Positions 23,447 through 36,340 of a DNA stretch of 64,000 nt are shown here, piece after piece. Position 1 is the stretch's first letter, and every line of letters starts with the position of its first letter. The stretch covers positions 110,980,001 to 111,044,000 of the forward strand of contig NC_043002.1 in the NCBI RefSeq assembly GCF_006345805.1, given 5' to 3'. The notes beneath the pieces are model-generated. The model worked only from the letters and a program-made list of their open reading frames with translations. It did not search any database and was not told where the DNA came from. A program made the translations under genes and the position numbers. Source of the DNA: Octopus sinensis (taxonomy: Eukaryota).

Positions 23447-23974
23447 CTATTATTATTTGAGGTATTGTGTTGCCACTTTGTTCTGACTACTGAGAATGAT
23501 TCACACATTCTGTCATGCTTAGGAATTGACTATTGTGTATGTTGTCAAGTGTTGATACTTGATTCAGGCTGCTGAGAATGATACACATTCTATATAAGCA
23601 CATAGTGTACAGCTTTCACTTTCCTGCCACTCAATTTAGCACTTAAGTAAAACCATAAATGTAATTTTGCAAAATATTAATATCATTGCTCTTATCATGT
23701 TTTTGTAAACCTATGTGTATAAAAACTCACACCAAGTTAATTTTCCATAGACTTATGCATACAAAAACACATTGCAGACCCATTCCTTTCAATTAGAATC
23801 CAAGGTTACATAGATAACACACTTTAAGCAATTTAATGTTTATTACAGTTTTATTGGGTGGATTCATTACTTGACAATAGATCTTAACTAAAAATTGGTG
23901 TTATTACCAGTAAGAGTACTTGCTGGGTAGGATGCATTATAGGATTGGGTCTGGGCACTTTTTTCTAACTTTAA

Positions 23975-24440
23975 TCTCTATATATAAAAGGCAGGATGTT
24001 TGTGTGTACATGAATGTAATTTATGCACGTCCACAAATTAGCATGCATGTTGCTCCAATTCTAGGAGGACCCTAGGAGGACCCATCATGACCCTAGCTGT
24101 ATTTTCGTCAACTTATTTTTCCCAGAGGTACCAGTGAAAAGCAGTAAAAATAAATTTTCAACCAAAACTTTTAACAATTTTCAAGTTGGAGAAATCACCA
24201 TTGTTTGCGAATGAGTAAGTTTTTATTAAGACTTTTGTTATTTTTTTTTCCATCGAGGAAAAGAGTGTTTTGTTGATATAGGGGCAACACACACACACAC
24301 GCATGAACATATATGCATACAAAAAACATGTATATACATATATAAACCAATTTCAACGGATTTCCCCCAAATTTGACGTTGATGTTATTTAGTTTGGTAA
24401 TCCTAATTTAATCCCAGGCAAAGCCAGGTTATACTGCTAG
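23975..24440 (+). mobile_element. Non-autonomous Helitron
   Basis: A|TCTCTATATATAAAAGGC start, CCCAGGCAAAGCCAGG decayed hairpin, CTAG|T end. Confidence 0.8.
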
Positions 24441-24661
24441 TTCTTGTTATTGAGATGACATTGTTTTAATCCTATCATTGTCAATATGGAAAGTAATGGT
24501 TCAGATTGAATTTCATTAATCTGGCAAGATTTGAACCAAGCATTTGCTGGATTTTCCAAAACTGCAAAGCTTAGAGAAAAAATAGCAAAATAATGCACAT
24601 ATTGTACTGTATTAAACATTCTGAAACAATTTTCATGGGCATAAATGTAGCTCACACTTAC

Positions 24662-24699
24662 TTGACATCTTTATTACAAAGTTCTAATCTTGTGACCTG
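24662..24699 (-). CDS. Candidate 38-nt micro-exon of a minus-strand gene
   Basis: Strong acceptor CTTTTTTTTTTACAG(CAG), strong donor AA|GTAAGT, and one open frame QVTRLELCNKDV. Confidence 0.35.
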
Positions 24700-25546
24700 C
24701 TGTAAAAAAAAAAGTAATGTTTTTAAAAATGCAATAATTTTACCTCACTGTCAATTCACTTAAAAAATATATTTATTTTTACATACAATTTTAATTAAAC
24801 TAGTGTGATGAATATATGGGATGCTTACATTAGGAACATTCGAGTCATCTTCTGTGATGCCTTGGGCTGAAACTTTACTAGAAGATTTTTGGATGCATCT
24901 ATGTTCAGGGGTTGTAAAAAATTAATTGTAATATATTGGTCCAATTAATTGATTGGAGTCATACTGACAATTAAATAATTGATTGCTATCATATCAATTA
25001 AATGCAATTAATTGCAGTTCATTGCAATGTTGTCAGTGAAAGTTTTTCAAATGGCTCATACTTCATTCAACATTCAATTGACAAATATAGTGTTCTATTA
25101 TTATTTGAGGTATTGTGTTGCCACTTTGTTCTGACTACTGAGAATGATTCACACATTCTGTCATGCTTAGGAATTGACTATTGTGTATGTTGTCAAGTGT
25201 TGATACTTGATTCAGGCTGCTGAGAATGATACACATTCTATCATGCTTGGGAACTGGCTAATATGTATGTTGTCAAATAACTACTGTCAAGTGTCATGTT
25301 TTGGAATTGGCTATTGTGTATGTTGTCAAATGATCACACTTGAGTGATTCTTGGTTCTGACCACCAAGAATGGTTCACACATTCTGTCTCCAAGTCATTA
25401 AATTGTAACTTCGCCTGCATTGCAGTTGTATCTTGAATTTCACTCCAATATATCAACTGAATCAGACTTTCATCAGTGGAGTGGTGAAATATCTTCTATT
25501 TGAAATTATGGCAAAATATCTTTTATTTTAAACTAACCCATGCTCT

Positions 25547-27450
25547 ATGAAAACGAGCAAATCTTCAGAAAATATTTTAACCAAACAGACAGTGAACATG
25601 TAAGGAAATGCAAGTGTGGAAAAAGTTGACTTAGAAAAAAAGTAACTGGATGGACAAATCTTATGAGTCATATAAAAACCCAGCATTCAGAGTATTCTAC
25701 ATCACAAGCAACTGGACAACCATCTTTATCAGGTTTTCTTTCACCAAGAAGTAGTTTGGTCAGTTGTTCGGCCTTAAATGTTTATGATTGGATTGAGTGG
25801 GTATGTGTTGGTTGAAAGCCATTTTTCTTTGCTGAAGATCCACTGATTCGTAAGTACACAAACTTTGGAAGTATGACAAATGTGACATTAAAGAAAGATA
25901 TGGAGAAACTTACTCAAGAAGTGGAAAAGAAAATATCTGATGAACTTCCAAGTAAATTTTCGTTGGTAATTGAGGGTTGAACTACACATTTCATTGGACT
26001 TTTTGCATTTTATTCATGCAATTATCAAAATGACTATTGTACTGTTTTGCTGGCATTTTCACCAGTGGTAAGTGAAACATCATTCACTGCTTCAGATTAT
26101 GTTGAATTTATTAAGTATGTGATAAGTGTCTATAATAAAAATTTAGGAAATGTAGCTATTACCAGAGATAATACTGAAGTGAGCAAATCTATAGCGAATT
26201 TGTGTAGAGTACTATTTATTGGATGTGCCTCTATAAATTCAATCTAGCTGTTTCTGCTTATCTTGACAAGCAGGAAGTTCTGCTTGATAAAATTAATATG
26301 TTGATGGGCAAGCTAAAATCATTAAAACTTGCGGGTAAACTCTGGGAAAGAACGCCTTTGCAACCTATACAAAGAAATAAAACCTGTTGGTCCAGTAGTT
26401 ATGACATGATTGAGAGGTATGTCCAACTCAAGCCATTTTTAGACTCTTTTCAAGGCGATCCAAAGCTGATTGATTATCTGTTGACTCCATGCGATCATGA
26501 TGATCTGCAGACTCTAAAAGACAATTTAGGAGAGTCGCGTTCGGTAACAGTCGTCTTGCAAAGAATAGAAATAGATTTGGGAGATGTTCGAATTCTTTTA
26601 GGTGAAATTCTCACATTGTATCTTTATGGGGAGTTTTAAAAATATTTGTTCCCATTGGCAGTCATTGTGAACAGCCTAGATTTTGAAAGTGGAGTTTTGA
26701 AAATTTTAGAACATGCAGAAGCAGAGCTAACTGTGGAGGAAAGTGGTTGCTCTACATCAGCTGAAAGTGGTGACAGATGTCACAACAGTCTGATGAAGAT
26801 GATGTAGAAGATGATGATTTTGCTTCAATTTGTTTGAAAAAAACACAAAAAAGATAAAATTTCACTTCAACAATACCTGAACAGTAGATTTTTGCTACCA
26901 ACGTCCAGCATCTTGGAATGTTTCTTCAGCTCAACAGGTTATGCTTTTAATGATTTTCAGCAATACTTAATACCAATGATTTTAGAAATGTAATCTTTAT
27001 AAATAAAAGTGAAGTTGTTTGTCTGTCTCCTACGATTTAGATTCCTAACTACTCCTACATTTTGTGGTGCAGTTTAACCAAAACCGGGTATCTTATAGTC
27101 GTGATTCATATCGAACCCTTCTGGGTATTAGCGCACGTCTACGATGAGTCTACGATTTAAAAAAAAAATTACCATCATTTTTTTTTTCCATTTTAATGCA
27201 TTTTTTTCGCTATTATATAAGGGAAGTAACTCTCTAAAAATGTCTACGATGAGTCAACGATTTAAAAAAAATTACCATAATTTTTTTCCATTTTTAATGC
27301 ATTCTTTTGCTATTTTTTTACTATAACTCTCTAAAAAATGTTTATATAGTTATTTCCCTTACAAACCCGAGCAACGCCGGGCGATACTGCTAGTTATTTC
27401 TAAAAGTCAATCGCATTTTCTGGGACGAAGACCTAGTTTCACAAATCTGA
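25547..27450 (+). pseudogene. hAT transposase pseudogene (BED finger, RNase H-like core, dimerisation domain)
   Basis: CKCGK..GWTNLMSHIKTQH, DWIEWV, FSLVIEG*T (DGWT-like), GCAS..FNLAV, TCWSS and LLPTSSILECFFS. LEM*|LFLKVNRIFWD is split by a Helitron. Confidence 0.9.
26994..27393 (+). mobile_element. Non-autonomous Helitron H1 nested in hAT transposase
   Basis: A|TC...CCCGAGCAACGCCGGG...CTAG|T. Removing it restores the transposase frame and leaves no TSD. Confidence 0.9.
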
Positions 27451-28204
27451 AATCGTTCATGACCTTTTGCTATATTAGCAAATTTTAATTGAGAAACTCT
27501 TTCAAAGACCTTCAATTTATTTGTTTTTCAACTATTGTACAATGTAGAGTAAACATGTTGTTTGTTCCGTATTCTAAAACAATAAAATTGAACTTAGAAC
27601 GTTTTCTGATAGTAAAGTTTTTTGGAACTGTTAAGACGTGCCTTATATTTTTCTATTATTGAAGCTAACACTCCAAAATATGATATTTGGTGTTTTTACG
27701 TTCGGCAAAATAATTGACAATTAATTGCAATAATTGATTGGCCTGTATCCCAATTAAAATTAATTGGTTGCTTGGAAAATAATTGATTGGAAAGGTTCCA
27801 ATCAAATCAGATATAAAATTTACCAAAGACCGGTTTCATCTACACTCATAAATCTATAAGCGTGGATAAATCTGACAATTTAATTTACAAATCTGTCAAC
27901 AAAAGTACTTTTTTTGTGTGTCTCGAGGAAACAATATTCAAAATATTCCTGAATATTTAGGTGCTCATAAAATATTTTAAAAGCCTATTCAATGATCATT
28001 TCTCCAGAATGCTCCTATCGCAAAGCTGCTCCATCACTGAGCCTTTTCCACCTGTTTGTTTACCTTCTTTTATTTAATGTTTTCCTCTTCTCGTTAACCT
28101 TAGTTGGTGTCAACAAAATATTTATTATTTCTTCCGTTGGCTCTTATAAATCATACAATATAAATCTACCCCATATTTCTGCACATAAGTGTTGTGAATG
28201 TGTA

Positions 28205-28405
28205 CGGCACGCAGAAACGTTAGCATGCCGGGCGAAAGCGGTATTTCGCCTGTCTTTACATTCTGAGTTCAAATTCCACCGAGGTCGATTTTGCCTTTCA
28301 TCCTTTCGGGATCGATAAATTAAGTACTAGTTGCGTACTGGAGTCGATCTAATCGACGCCCCACCTTCCCCCCAAATTTCGGGCCTTGTACCTAGAATAG
28401 AAAGG
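28205..28405 (+). mobile_element. SINE family B variant
   Basis: GCAGAAACGTTAGCA head and Meta-like body, with the alternative tail GGCCTTGTACCTAGAATAGAAAGGA. Confidence 0.8.
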
Positions 28406-29859
28406 AGTGTGTCACGGCACTGGGTTTTTTTTCTCTGTGTTTAATTTTCTGGTATTGACATCTTTCTAACAAGATAGATGTCACATATTTACATTTCGCT
28501 GTGACACTACCACGTCCTTGTCTCTCACAAGTCATATTTAAGAAGGAAATATCAGTAAAAGAGCAAATATCTATACCCGACATCGCAGCATCAAACCCTG
28601 AAGATAAATTGTAAAGGAGGTCAACAATGGTTCGCTGGTCGTACCACAGCTGGCCAAGCGACGGTCATGCAATTAATGACCGCCAGATTCAAATCAGAAT
28701 GCCAAACCATCGAAGCTTCTATTGGGAAGGATATACTAATATATTGAACAATCCTCTCCAAGAAAAGAATTGTTTTTGTGTCTAGTGAAGAGAAATCAAT
28801 AAGTCTTTGTAAATCCAAATTCTTGCATAGTATAGTAGTCAATATTATTATCAGATGTTCCTATCAGCTTTCGACTTTAGCCATTATAATTCTGAACTAA
28901 ATACATATATAGGACGACCCTTTAAAAATTCTGTTTAAATTTTTTTTTTAATTTATGCACAAAAAAATAAGGAGGCTTTTAGAAAATGAAAATTTAAAGC
29001 AAAACTTTCGAGAAAAAGAAATAAACCATTTTTCTCGAAGTTTCGTCTTCAACATCCAATAGAACATATAGGATGTCCTCATCAACCATTCAAATGAAAT
29101 CCTGTAAGCAAGCAATACAGGTTACTGTTTTATTGATGTAGTACGAATTAGCTATGATCCACGCAGCGAGATTGAACACGTTTAAGATGTACGGTTGTCT
29201 TCTAGAATTTCACTTAATAACACTATTGATTCGCCACCCACTATAGAGAGACAGTTTGACAGAGATATGAAATAACAAAGAATAATGCATTCTTTACAAG
29301 TCCCATCTGCTCTTTTTCGTCACGATTAAGACTCGAATCAAAACAAAGAGTAAAAATTTTATGCACTTAGAAAAAATAAAATTACATGTCTATAGCCTTT
29401 AGTATTTGGTCATTTTGTTGAGTGATTCGTTATTATTTGAATAAATAAAACCTTCCAAGCTGTTTCGTTCATCCATTCATACTAAAACAGACACAACTCG
29501 TCGTGTTAATTCCTTTATTAAAAAGAAATATTGCACAATTGCTTCGTGAAAGCTATTAACACTAAAAGCTTCAAGTTCCTAGCTGGCAAAGATAAAAACA
29601 CTTTTAATTAATTTTCCTTCATAAACTTTATTTTTCTCCTCATTTGCGCTAAGTCAAACGAACGAAGAGGGAACCCGTTCAATCACCATATACAACTACG
29701 GTATTTCATACAAAGCAAAATGGTATCCCGTAGCAATTGTCTTTCTGCGATATCACAGTGACTATTTTTAATAAAATATCCTTTAACATTGATAAAAGGT
29801 TGTTTTGAAATAACAAAGCAGTAAATATTTTTCCAAGTTTTGTTTCTTGCCTCCCCCAA

Positions 29860-30115
29860 AATATATTCGATAAAAAAAAAAACCAGATGGCGGCTAACAA
29901 ATTTTGTGATGTGGTTGTCTTCCATAGTTAATAATAAATAAGCGAGTATAATTATTTTCCTTCTTCACAGTAGCAACAGTGAAGAAGAATGTAAACGAAG
30001 AAGGAGAGAAAAAAAAAGTACGAAACTGCTCTGCACGGGTGCTAGCTCCGGCATGCCATATATGGAAGTCGTTAAACATCCAACATGGCGTTATTGTGCT
30101 TCTAAAACGGTAAGT
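29860..30115 (+). promoter_or_regulatory. Probable promoter and first exon of a plus-strand host gene
   Basis: Repeat-poor, CpG-retaining region with two YY1-like motifs (CCAGATGGCGG ~29883, CAACATGGCG ~30081) and donor CG|GTAAGT at 30110. Confidence 0.5.
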
Positions 30116-30271
30116 GGCTCAAGTGTTACTTTTATTCCTTGAAAGTTGGCATCGTATTTACTAATGCCTCATATTCTAATTAACAGAATCATTAAATAAT
30201 TTCTGTTGTGTAATTTCTGTGCAGCATTTTCATATTTATAAAACTAGTTCTGCTGTCAATTTAACACATGT

Positions 30272-30770
30272 ATGAGAGAGAGGGAGTTGTAGAGAGGTAT
30301 AAAGAGTGGAGAGAGGGAGAGAAAGAGAGAGAGAGATGGAGTTGTAGAGAGGTGCAGAGAGGGAGATAGAGAGAGATGGATTTGTAGAGAGGGAGAGAGA
30401 GAGATGGAGTTGTAGAGAGTGCAGAGAGAGAGAGAGAGAGATGGAGTTGTAGAGAGGTACAGAGAGTGTAGAGAGGGAGAGAGAGAGAGAGAGAGATGGA
30501 GTTGTAGAGAGGTACAAAGAGTGCAGAGAGAGAGATGGAGTTGTAGAGAGGTACAAAGAGTGCAGAGAGGGAGAGATGGAGTTGTAGAGAGGCACAAAGA
30601 GTGCAGAGAGGGAGAGATGGTTTTTGTAGAGAGGTACAAAGAGTGCAGAGAGGGAGAGAGATGGAGTCGTAGAGAGGTGCAGAGAGGGAGAGAGAGAGAG
30701 AGAGAGATGGAGTTGTAGAGAGTGCAGAGAGGGAGATAGAGAGGTACAGAGAGTGCAGAGAGAGAGAGCG
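30272..30770. repeat. GA-rich minisatellite (~40-bp unit)
   Basis: GAGATGGAGTTGTAGAGAGGTAC(A/G)(A/G)AGAGTGCAGAGAGG repeated about 10 times with variable (GA)n. Confidence 0.9.
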
Positions 30771-31040
30771 AAAGGGCAGAGCGGGATAGCGAGTAAGCAT
30801 CAAGCAGAGAGGAGAGTGAATTGAATTGAAAAGAACAACGAAGAGAAACTTAGTAGCGTTGTTTAGTAAGAAGGCATGCTGTAAGGTCGGCTCGGCGTTA
30901 TGTCGACGATGTGAGTGTGATAGAAGTAAGTGTAGTATGCGATCGTGTTGATTCGTGTATCCTATGGAGAGCTTGCACAGTAAGTGAAAATCGCTACCTC
31001 AAGTCTTTCTCTTGTTCAATGTATCGGGTGTCCGTCTTAA

Positions 31041-31162
31041 TTGCAGCAATTAATTTGACTCTGCTCAGCGGGCACCTGGCTAGGACATTATATAGATCTC
31101 TGTTATATATTTGTATTATATATTATTTATATGTATATATTAAGAGTATGTGGTCGGTGCGC

Positions 31163-31199
<37 letters not shown>

Positions 31200-31519
31200 C
31201 ACACACGCACCGACCACATACTCTAATATATATATATACATACACACACGCACCGACCACATACTCTAATATATATATATATATACACACGCACCGACCA
31301 CATACTCTAATATATATATACACACACGCACCGACCACATACTCTAATATATATATATATACACACGCACCGACCACATACTCTAATATATATATACACA
31401 CACGCACCGACCACATACTCTAATATATACATATAAATGATATATAATACAAATATACAGAGATCTATATAATGTCCTAGGCAAGTGCCCACTGAGCTGA
31501 GTAAAATTAATTGCTGCAA
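31041..31519. mobile_element. Foldback/MITE-like palindrome with internal minisatellite
   Basis: Long inverted arms TTGCAGCAATTAATTT...AAATTAATTGCTGCAA flanked by TTAA. Unit CACACGCACCGACCACATACTCTAA(TA)n occurs 6 times, against one inverted copy. Confidence 0.75.
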
Positions 31520-34500
31520 TTAATATATATATATATATATATAATGTTTTATATTGAATGTCTTCTACCCGCCAGAACTCAACCCTTATTTTTCGATTAC
31601 TAACATAAAATGTTTCATATAATAATAATAAAAAAAAGATCTTTACCATTGACAAGTGTATAATTCGTTTAAGTGAATAGTTTTGGTTTCTTTAATTCTT
31701 TCTGTTAAAATTTGTCTTAAAAAAACGACCGTTGCCCATGTTTCATCTGATCTAACAACATCTAGAGAAGAAAAAAGATTTTTAACCAGCACTCGAAATT
31801 CTTTCTGTTTTACCCGCAAAAAAACATTTAGCCTTTTGTATTTATTTATCTTCGACATCTGAATATCTTTATTGGGTCAAAATGAATGAAATAATTAAAT
31901 ACCACTACGCGATCATCTACAAACGTTTTGATTCCTCCTCTTTCTTTCAAAAGCTTCTTTCTAAACCACATTAATTTATTTGTTTATTTCAAACCCAAAT
32001 GTAATATTTTCTGCTTGTCGATGATACTACAACTAAGTGTTATTTCTCATCTCTGTTCCTTTTAAATTCCATTCAACGGGAATAATTAACTTAGCCTGTC
32101 CTGTTGTCATGTCACTGTCGGTCTAGAAAAATGTCTTTGCTTAACTGTAAAGGACCACATTAGCTATACACGATGTGATATGGCCTGACTTTAAGGTTGC
32201 GGTATGGAGGTATAAAGCCTTTTAATTCTCCCATGACATTGCTTCCTTGCTTTTTGTCACAAATCGTCTCATAATTTCTCCTTTTTTTCTCCGCATCTAT
32301 TGTTTGTTGGCAACAGGCATGTATGTTACAATAATGTCTTTTTAGAAATTAGTTTTCTTTGTTTTTTTTTTCTCTGCTCTTCACACCGAACTGGAGTATT
32401 TTCCATTGCTTTTTCAAATATGCGTCATGATAAAACTTACATCACTGTTCTCGTTTTTTTTTTTATTTTTATTATCCATTAACATTAAGAAAACATGGGA
32501 AGGTTATTCGAATATTTTAGCTATTATTATGACAGTATGAAATACATTCTTTATATATAACTGACACAGAACGATTATTTCTTAAGGGTGCCTGTTATCT
32601 TAAAATGTCCTATAGACATTTGTCATTTCCCATTGACCTCATCATTTGTCTTGGATTCAGTGCTCAGGTAATCAGTGAGTTCTTCTTACACACATACATC
32701 TGTTATAATATATATAAATGAACGAATGACGCACGGGTTGCTGACATTTTAGTTGTGTTCGGTCGAGATAATTTGTTACATCAGTTATAGCTTATTGTAT
32801 TTTGTTTCCATTGGAAACAGTAAAATAAATCGATGTAGAATTGTTGATTCTTTTCACTTTGGGTTGTCAAAAAGAAAAGAAAGAAAAAAAAAAAACCTAA
32901 CTGAAGCTACATCTCTTCCACTAGTAATTGCTCTGCTAACAGATTGCCTTATATTCTGCATAGCTGATGCTACCATTTAATTGATGTCTTATATATTTTA
33001 AACAGGTGTCAGCCACCCTTGTCATCATATATTTTCATTTTCAATGCAATACTCCACAAATAATACGTTATATTAACGAATATATGTTGCTTTTCTTTTC
33101 TTGTTAATAATTTCATTATCAATTTCTTATCTCTCTATAACTGGGACCCGTTTTGTCTTTTCCTAAATGTCACATTAAATTGAAACTTGTTTTACCTGCC
33201 TGAAATACATGGGACATTAGTTTTAAATCGAACACATGCATGTTTTATTCAATTTATGTCATCTTGCTTTTCATGTTAACGTTCTCAGTGTCTCTTTTTC
33301 CTCAACATTGCCACTTGATTTAGTTTATTGTATTTTGGGATCGTGAAGCCATTCTTGAACTGCTATGTCTGAAAGTGAGGCATTAAGCTTTTTCCTTCAA
33401 CTGCATAGTTGTTGCTGGGCGATCTTTTCGTTGCTGACTGCGTCATTTCCTAAATCCCCATCACTTTGTGTGTGTTCTTTTAATAATTACATCATCATTC
33501 TCAGTCAAAATATTACATATTTTAGATCCGTCATCCGAGACGGAATTGAGAAAACGAAAGAAAATGCTTTATAGTTGATCACAAAGTAATATACTTTGAA
33601 AATAATCTTGAGGCGAAAATTTATCAGCTGATGTACTGCAGTTATTAGCTGTTTAAAATCGGATACATCAAGTGGAAATGTTTAAACAAGAGCGAAGCCA
33701 TGATTAAGACGACACTTGTAGAATGCTAATCTCAGGTGAAAATGTGTGTGTGTGTATATGTGTGTATATATGAAGGCGGTGCTTCAGTATGGTCTTGGCC
33801 GTGATGTCTGAAACGAACTTACGTCAAAAGGTTTCTATGGTTGAAACACTAATAAAGACATGTCTCTTCTGAAGCGGATTAGCTTGAACGTTTGTGATGA
33901 ATGTGCCTTGATGTTTCGTGTCAACCTGGTTTATTTTTGCTGCTGTCAACAACTTAAAACCATTTTGGCATCAACTACGCCATTTCATTTGGATTATATA
34001 ATTTCCAGTTTGTCTAAAGGCTGTTGCTCTTTCGTTGCGAGGCATCTAATTTTGTGCTATCAATAGTGTAGAAATTCATGCCAGAATCAATTAGGTTGTC
34101 ATAGTAACAAATTTCCCTTTCATATAAATCACATGTAGTTCTTTTCTGATTACAATTTAAATAACACACACGCGTATGTGTGTAAATGCACACACACACA
34201 CAGTGTGTGTGTGTGTAACTAGATGCAGGCATTCAATATTTCTGGATGAATTCTTTTCAGAAACATTGTCACCACTATGTTTTCACTTCATTCATAATTA
34301 TGAGGATTACAAATCCTGCCCACATTCTTGTGACATCTCTCGACGTTATTTCCTAACGTTGCCGTCCCAACTATTGACTCAGCTTCCAACTAGGAGCACA
34401 TGAGGTGATAACCATTATTATTCCATTCATTCCAAATATATTTATGTGGTCAGTGCAAAGTGTATATTTTAAACTTGATGTTGCTGTTGAACAGTAGCGG

Positions 34501-35949
34501 ATTAATTGTTAATCTTTAGGAGCCTTTTCTGAACAAATCTTATCCAAGCTTAGCCACTTTATTTAATTTAATAATTACCTATTATTCTGTCATAAAGGAT
34601 TTATGCGTATTTAAAATCATTTTTATTGTCGATGTTAGGAAAGTGATTTAGTAGTAGAGTGCCGGACTACTTGTCCTGTTTCTTTTGAATATAAAATACC
34701 ACCTATCTTGTTATATATTCTTTTACCTAAAAATTTATGATCATCATCAGTGTCACCATACCAAAGATGAAGACTTAGGGGTCAACTGGTGTCCGATTTT
34801 TGACAATATTAGTTTTTGTTTAGGTTTTAACGTAAAAGTTTTTGCTTTAATTTGAATAGAATTTGAAGATTTTTTTGAGAAGAGTTAACTGTCTCACCCT
34901 AACTTTCCGCTCTAGAATCGATATAATCAAACTGCTAGAATAGTCAATCAGCTAGACATGCCTCACTTAGGAAAATGAGTTTTGTGGCTAAGTAAAAAAA
35001 ATTATTATTATATCATGAGGCAGTGCAGTAGTTAAGATATTAGTCTCAGACCAAATCTTTATAGTAATTTAGCTATGTTACTTTATGGGTTGATAAAACA
35101 AGTACCAACCATTAGGGTTGATTTAAATTGTCTATTCCCTTTCCCTTCTTTTACTGGATGTAAGAAATTGTTATATAAGTGGCCAGAGGTCTATATATTT
35201 GTATTAATTTTTCTGTTTCACTATTTCATGAGTAGTTGCGTATTTAGGAATATGCTTATTTTGGTTCTATTCGGTCTCATGTAACATGATGGGAGAATAT
35301 TGAAAATTCCTATGCAAGGATATTTTGGGATTTCAAGTAAATTGATTTCCTTCAATTATAAATATACATTATTAATTACTTGTATGCTTGTTGTAGTAAT
35401 TATTGGAAATAGTTATTAACAGTGGTTCAGTTTTAAATTACAGAATATCCTGTTTCAAATTTAATTTGCAAAGAGGGATAGGCAGAAAGACTGAGAGAGA
35501 AATCAGAACTGCTTCATGATAAATTTAAAATAGAAATGCTGAGTTATTAGGATAATTATGAGAAGGGTGGAGGGTAGAAAGCAATTAGCATATGTTTCTC
35601 TATTTAATATTCCTTTTTGAGTCTTTTTATTATCTGTTTATTTGAGGTAGTAAAGGGTGTTATATTATCCATCCCATCAGCTCCACCTGTCTTAATGATT
35701 TAAATATGAGAGATGTGTATATCTAGTTAAGTGACAGGATTAAATGTTTAATGATCTACACAGTAGTTGCTTGCAAAACAGGGCTTTTTGAAAAAAATGT
35801 TACAATGATCTTGTGTTGATGTATTTTGCACTATTTTATTAGGAAATTGTGTTATGGCATCTTCATTTCAATTACTATTTAATTTTTAGATTATAATTCC
35901 AGTGTTGGTTTCTAAAATTGATTTTGTGGAATAGTTTATTATTATTATG

Positions 35950-36340
35950 AAGGTGGTGAGCTGGCAGAATTGTTAGCATGCTGGGCAGGTATGCTTAGCG
36001 GTATTTTGCCTGTCTTTGTGTTTTGAGCAAATTCCGCTGAGGTCGACTGATCCTTTTGGGGTTGATAAATTAAGTACCAGTTTGAGTACTGGGATTGATG
36101 TAATTGACCTAAAATGTCAGGCCTTGTGCCTATAGTAGAGAGAATTATTATTATTTAAGGTGTCAAGCTGTCAGAACTGTTAGCATGCCAGGCAAAATGC
36201 TTAGCAGCATTTCTTTATGTTCTGAATTCAAATTCTGCCATCATCAACTTTGCCTTTTGTCCTTTTTGGGTCAATAATGTAAGTACTGGGTTCGGTGTAA
36301 TTGCCTAGTTCCCTGCTTTGTGCCTATAATACAAAGGGTT
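35950..36340 (+). mobile_element. Two tandem diverged SINE family B copies
   Basis: AAGGTGGTGAGCTGGCAGAA at 35950 and AAGGTGTCAAGCTGTCAGAA at ~36157. Confidence 0.75.

Larger units (their letters stand above)
24906..27833 (+). mobile_element. hAT-superfamily DNA transposon, decayed
   Basis: Starts CAGGGGTTG, with clusters of CAATTAATTG / AATTGATTGG subterminal motifs at both ends. TIR is imperfect and no TSD was resolved, so ends are approximate. Confidence 0.75.

Noticed and set aside
28621-28842. 73-aa ORF in complex non-repeat sequence
   Set aside because: No homology recognised and splice signals are unconvincing.
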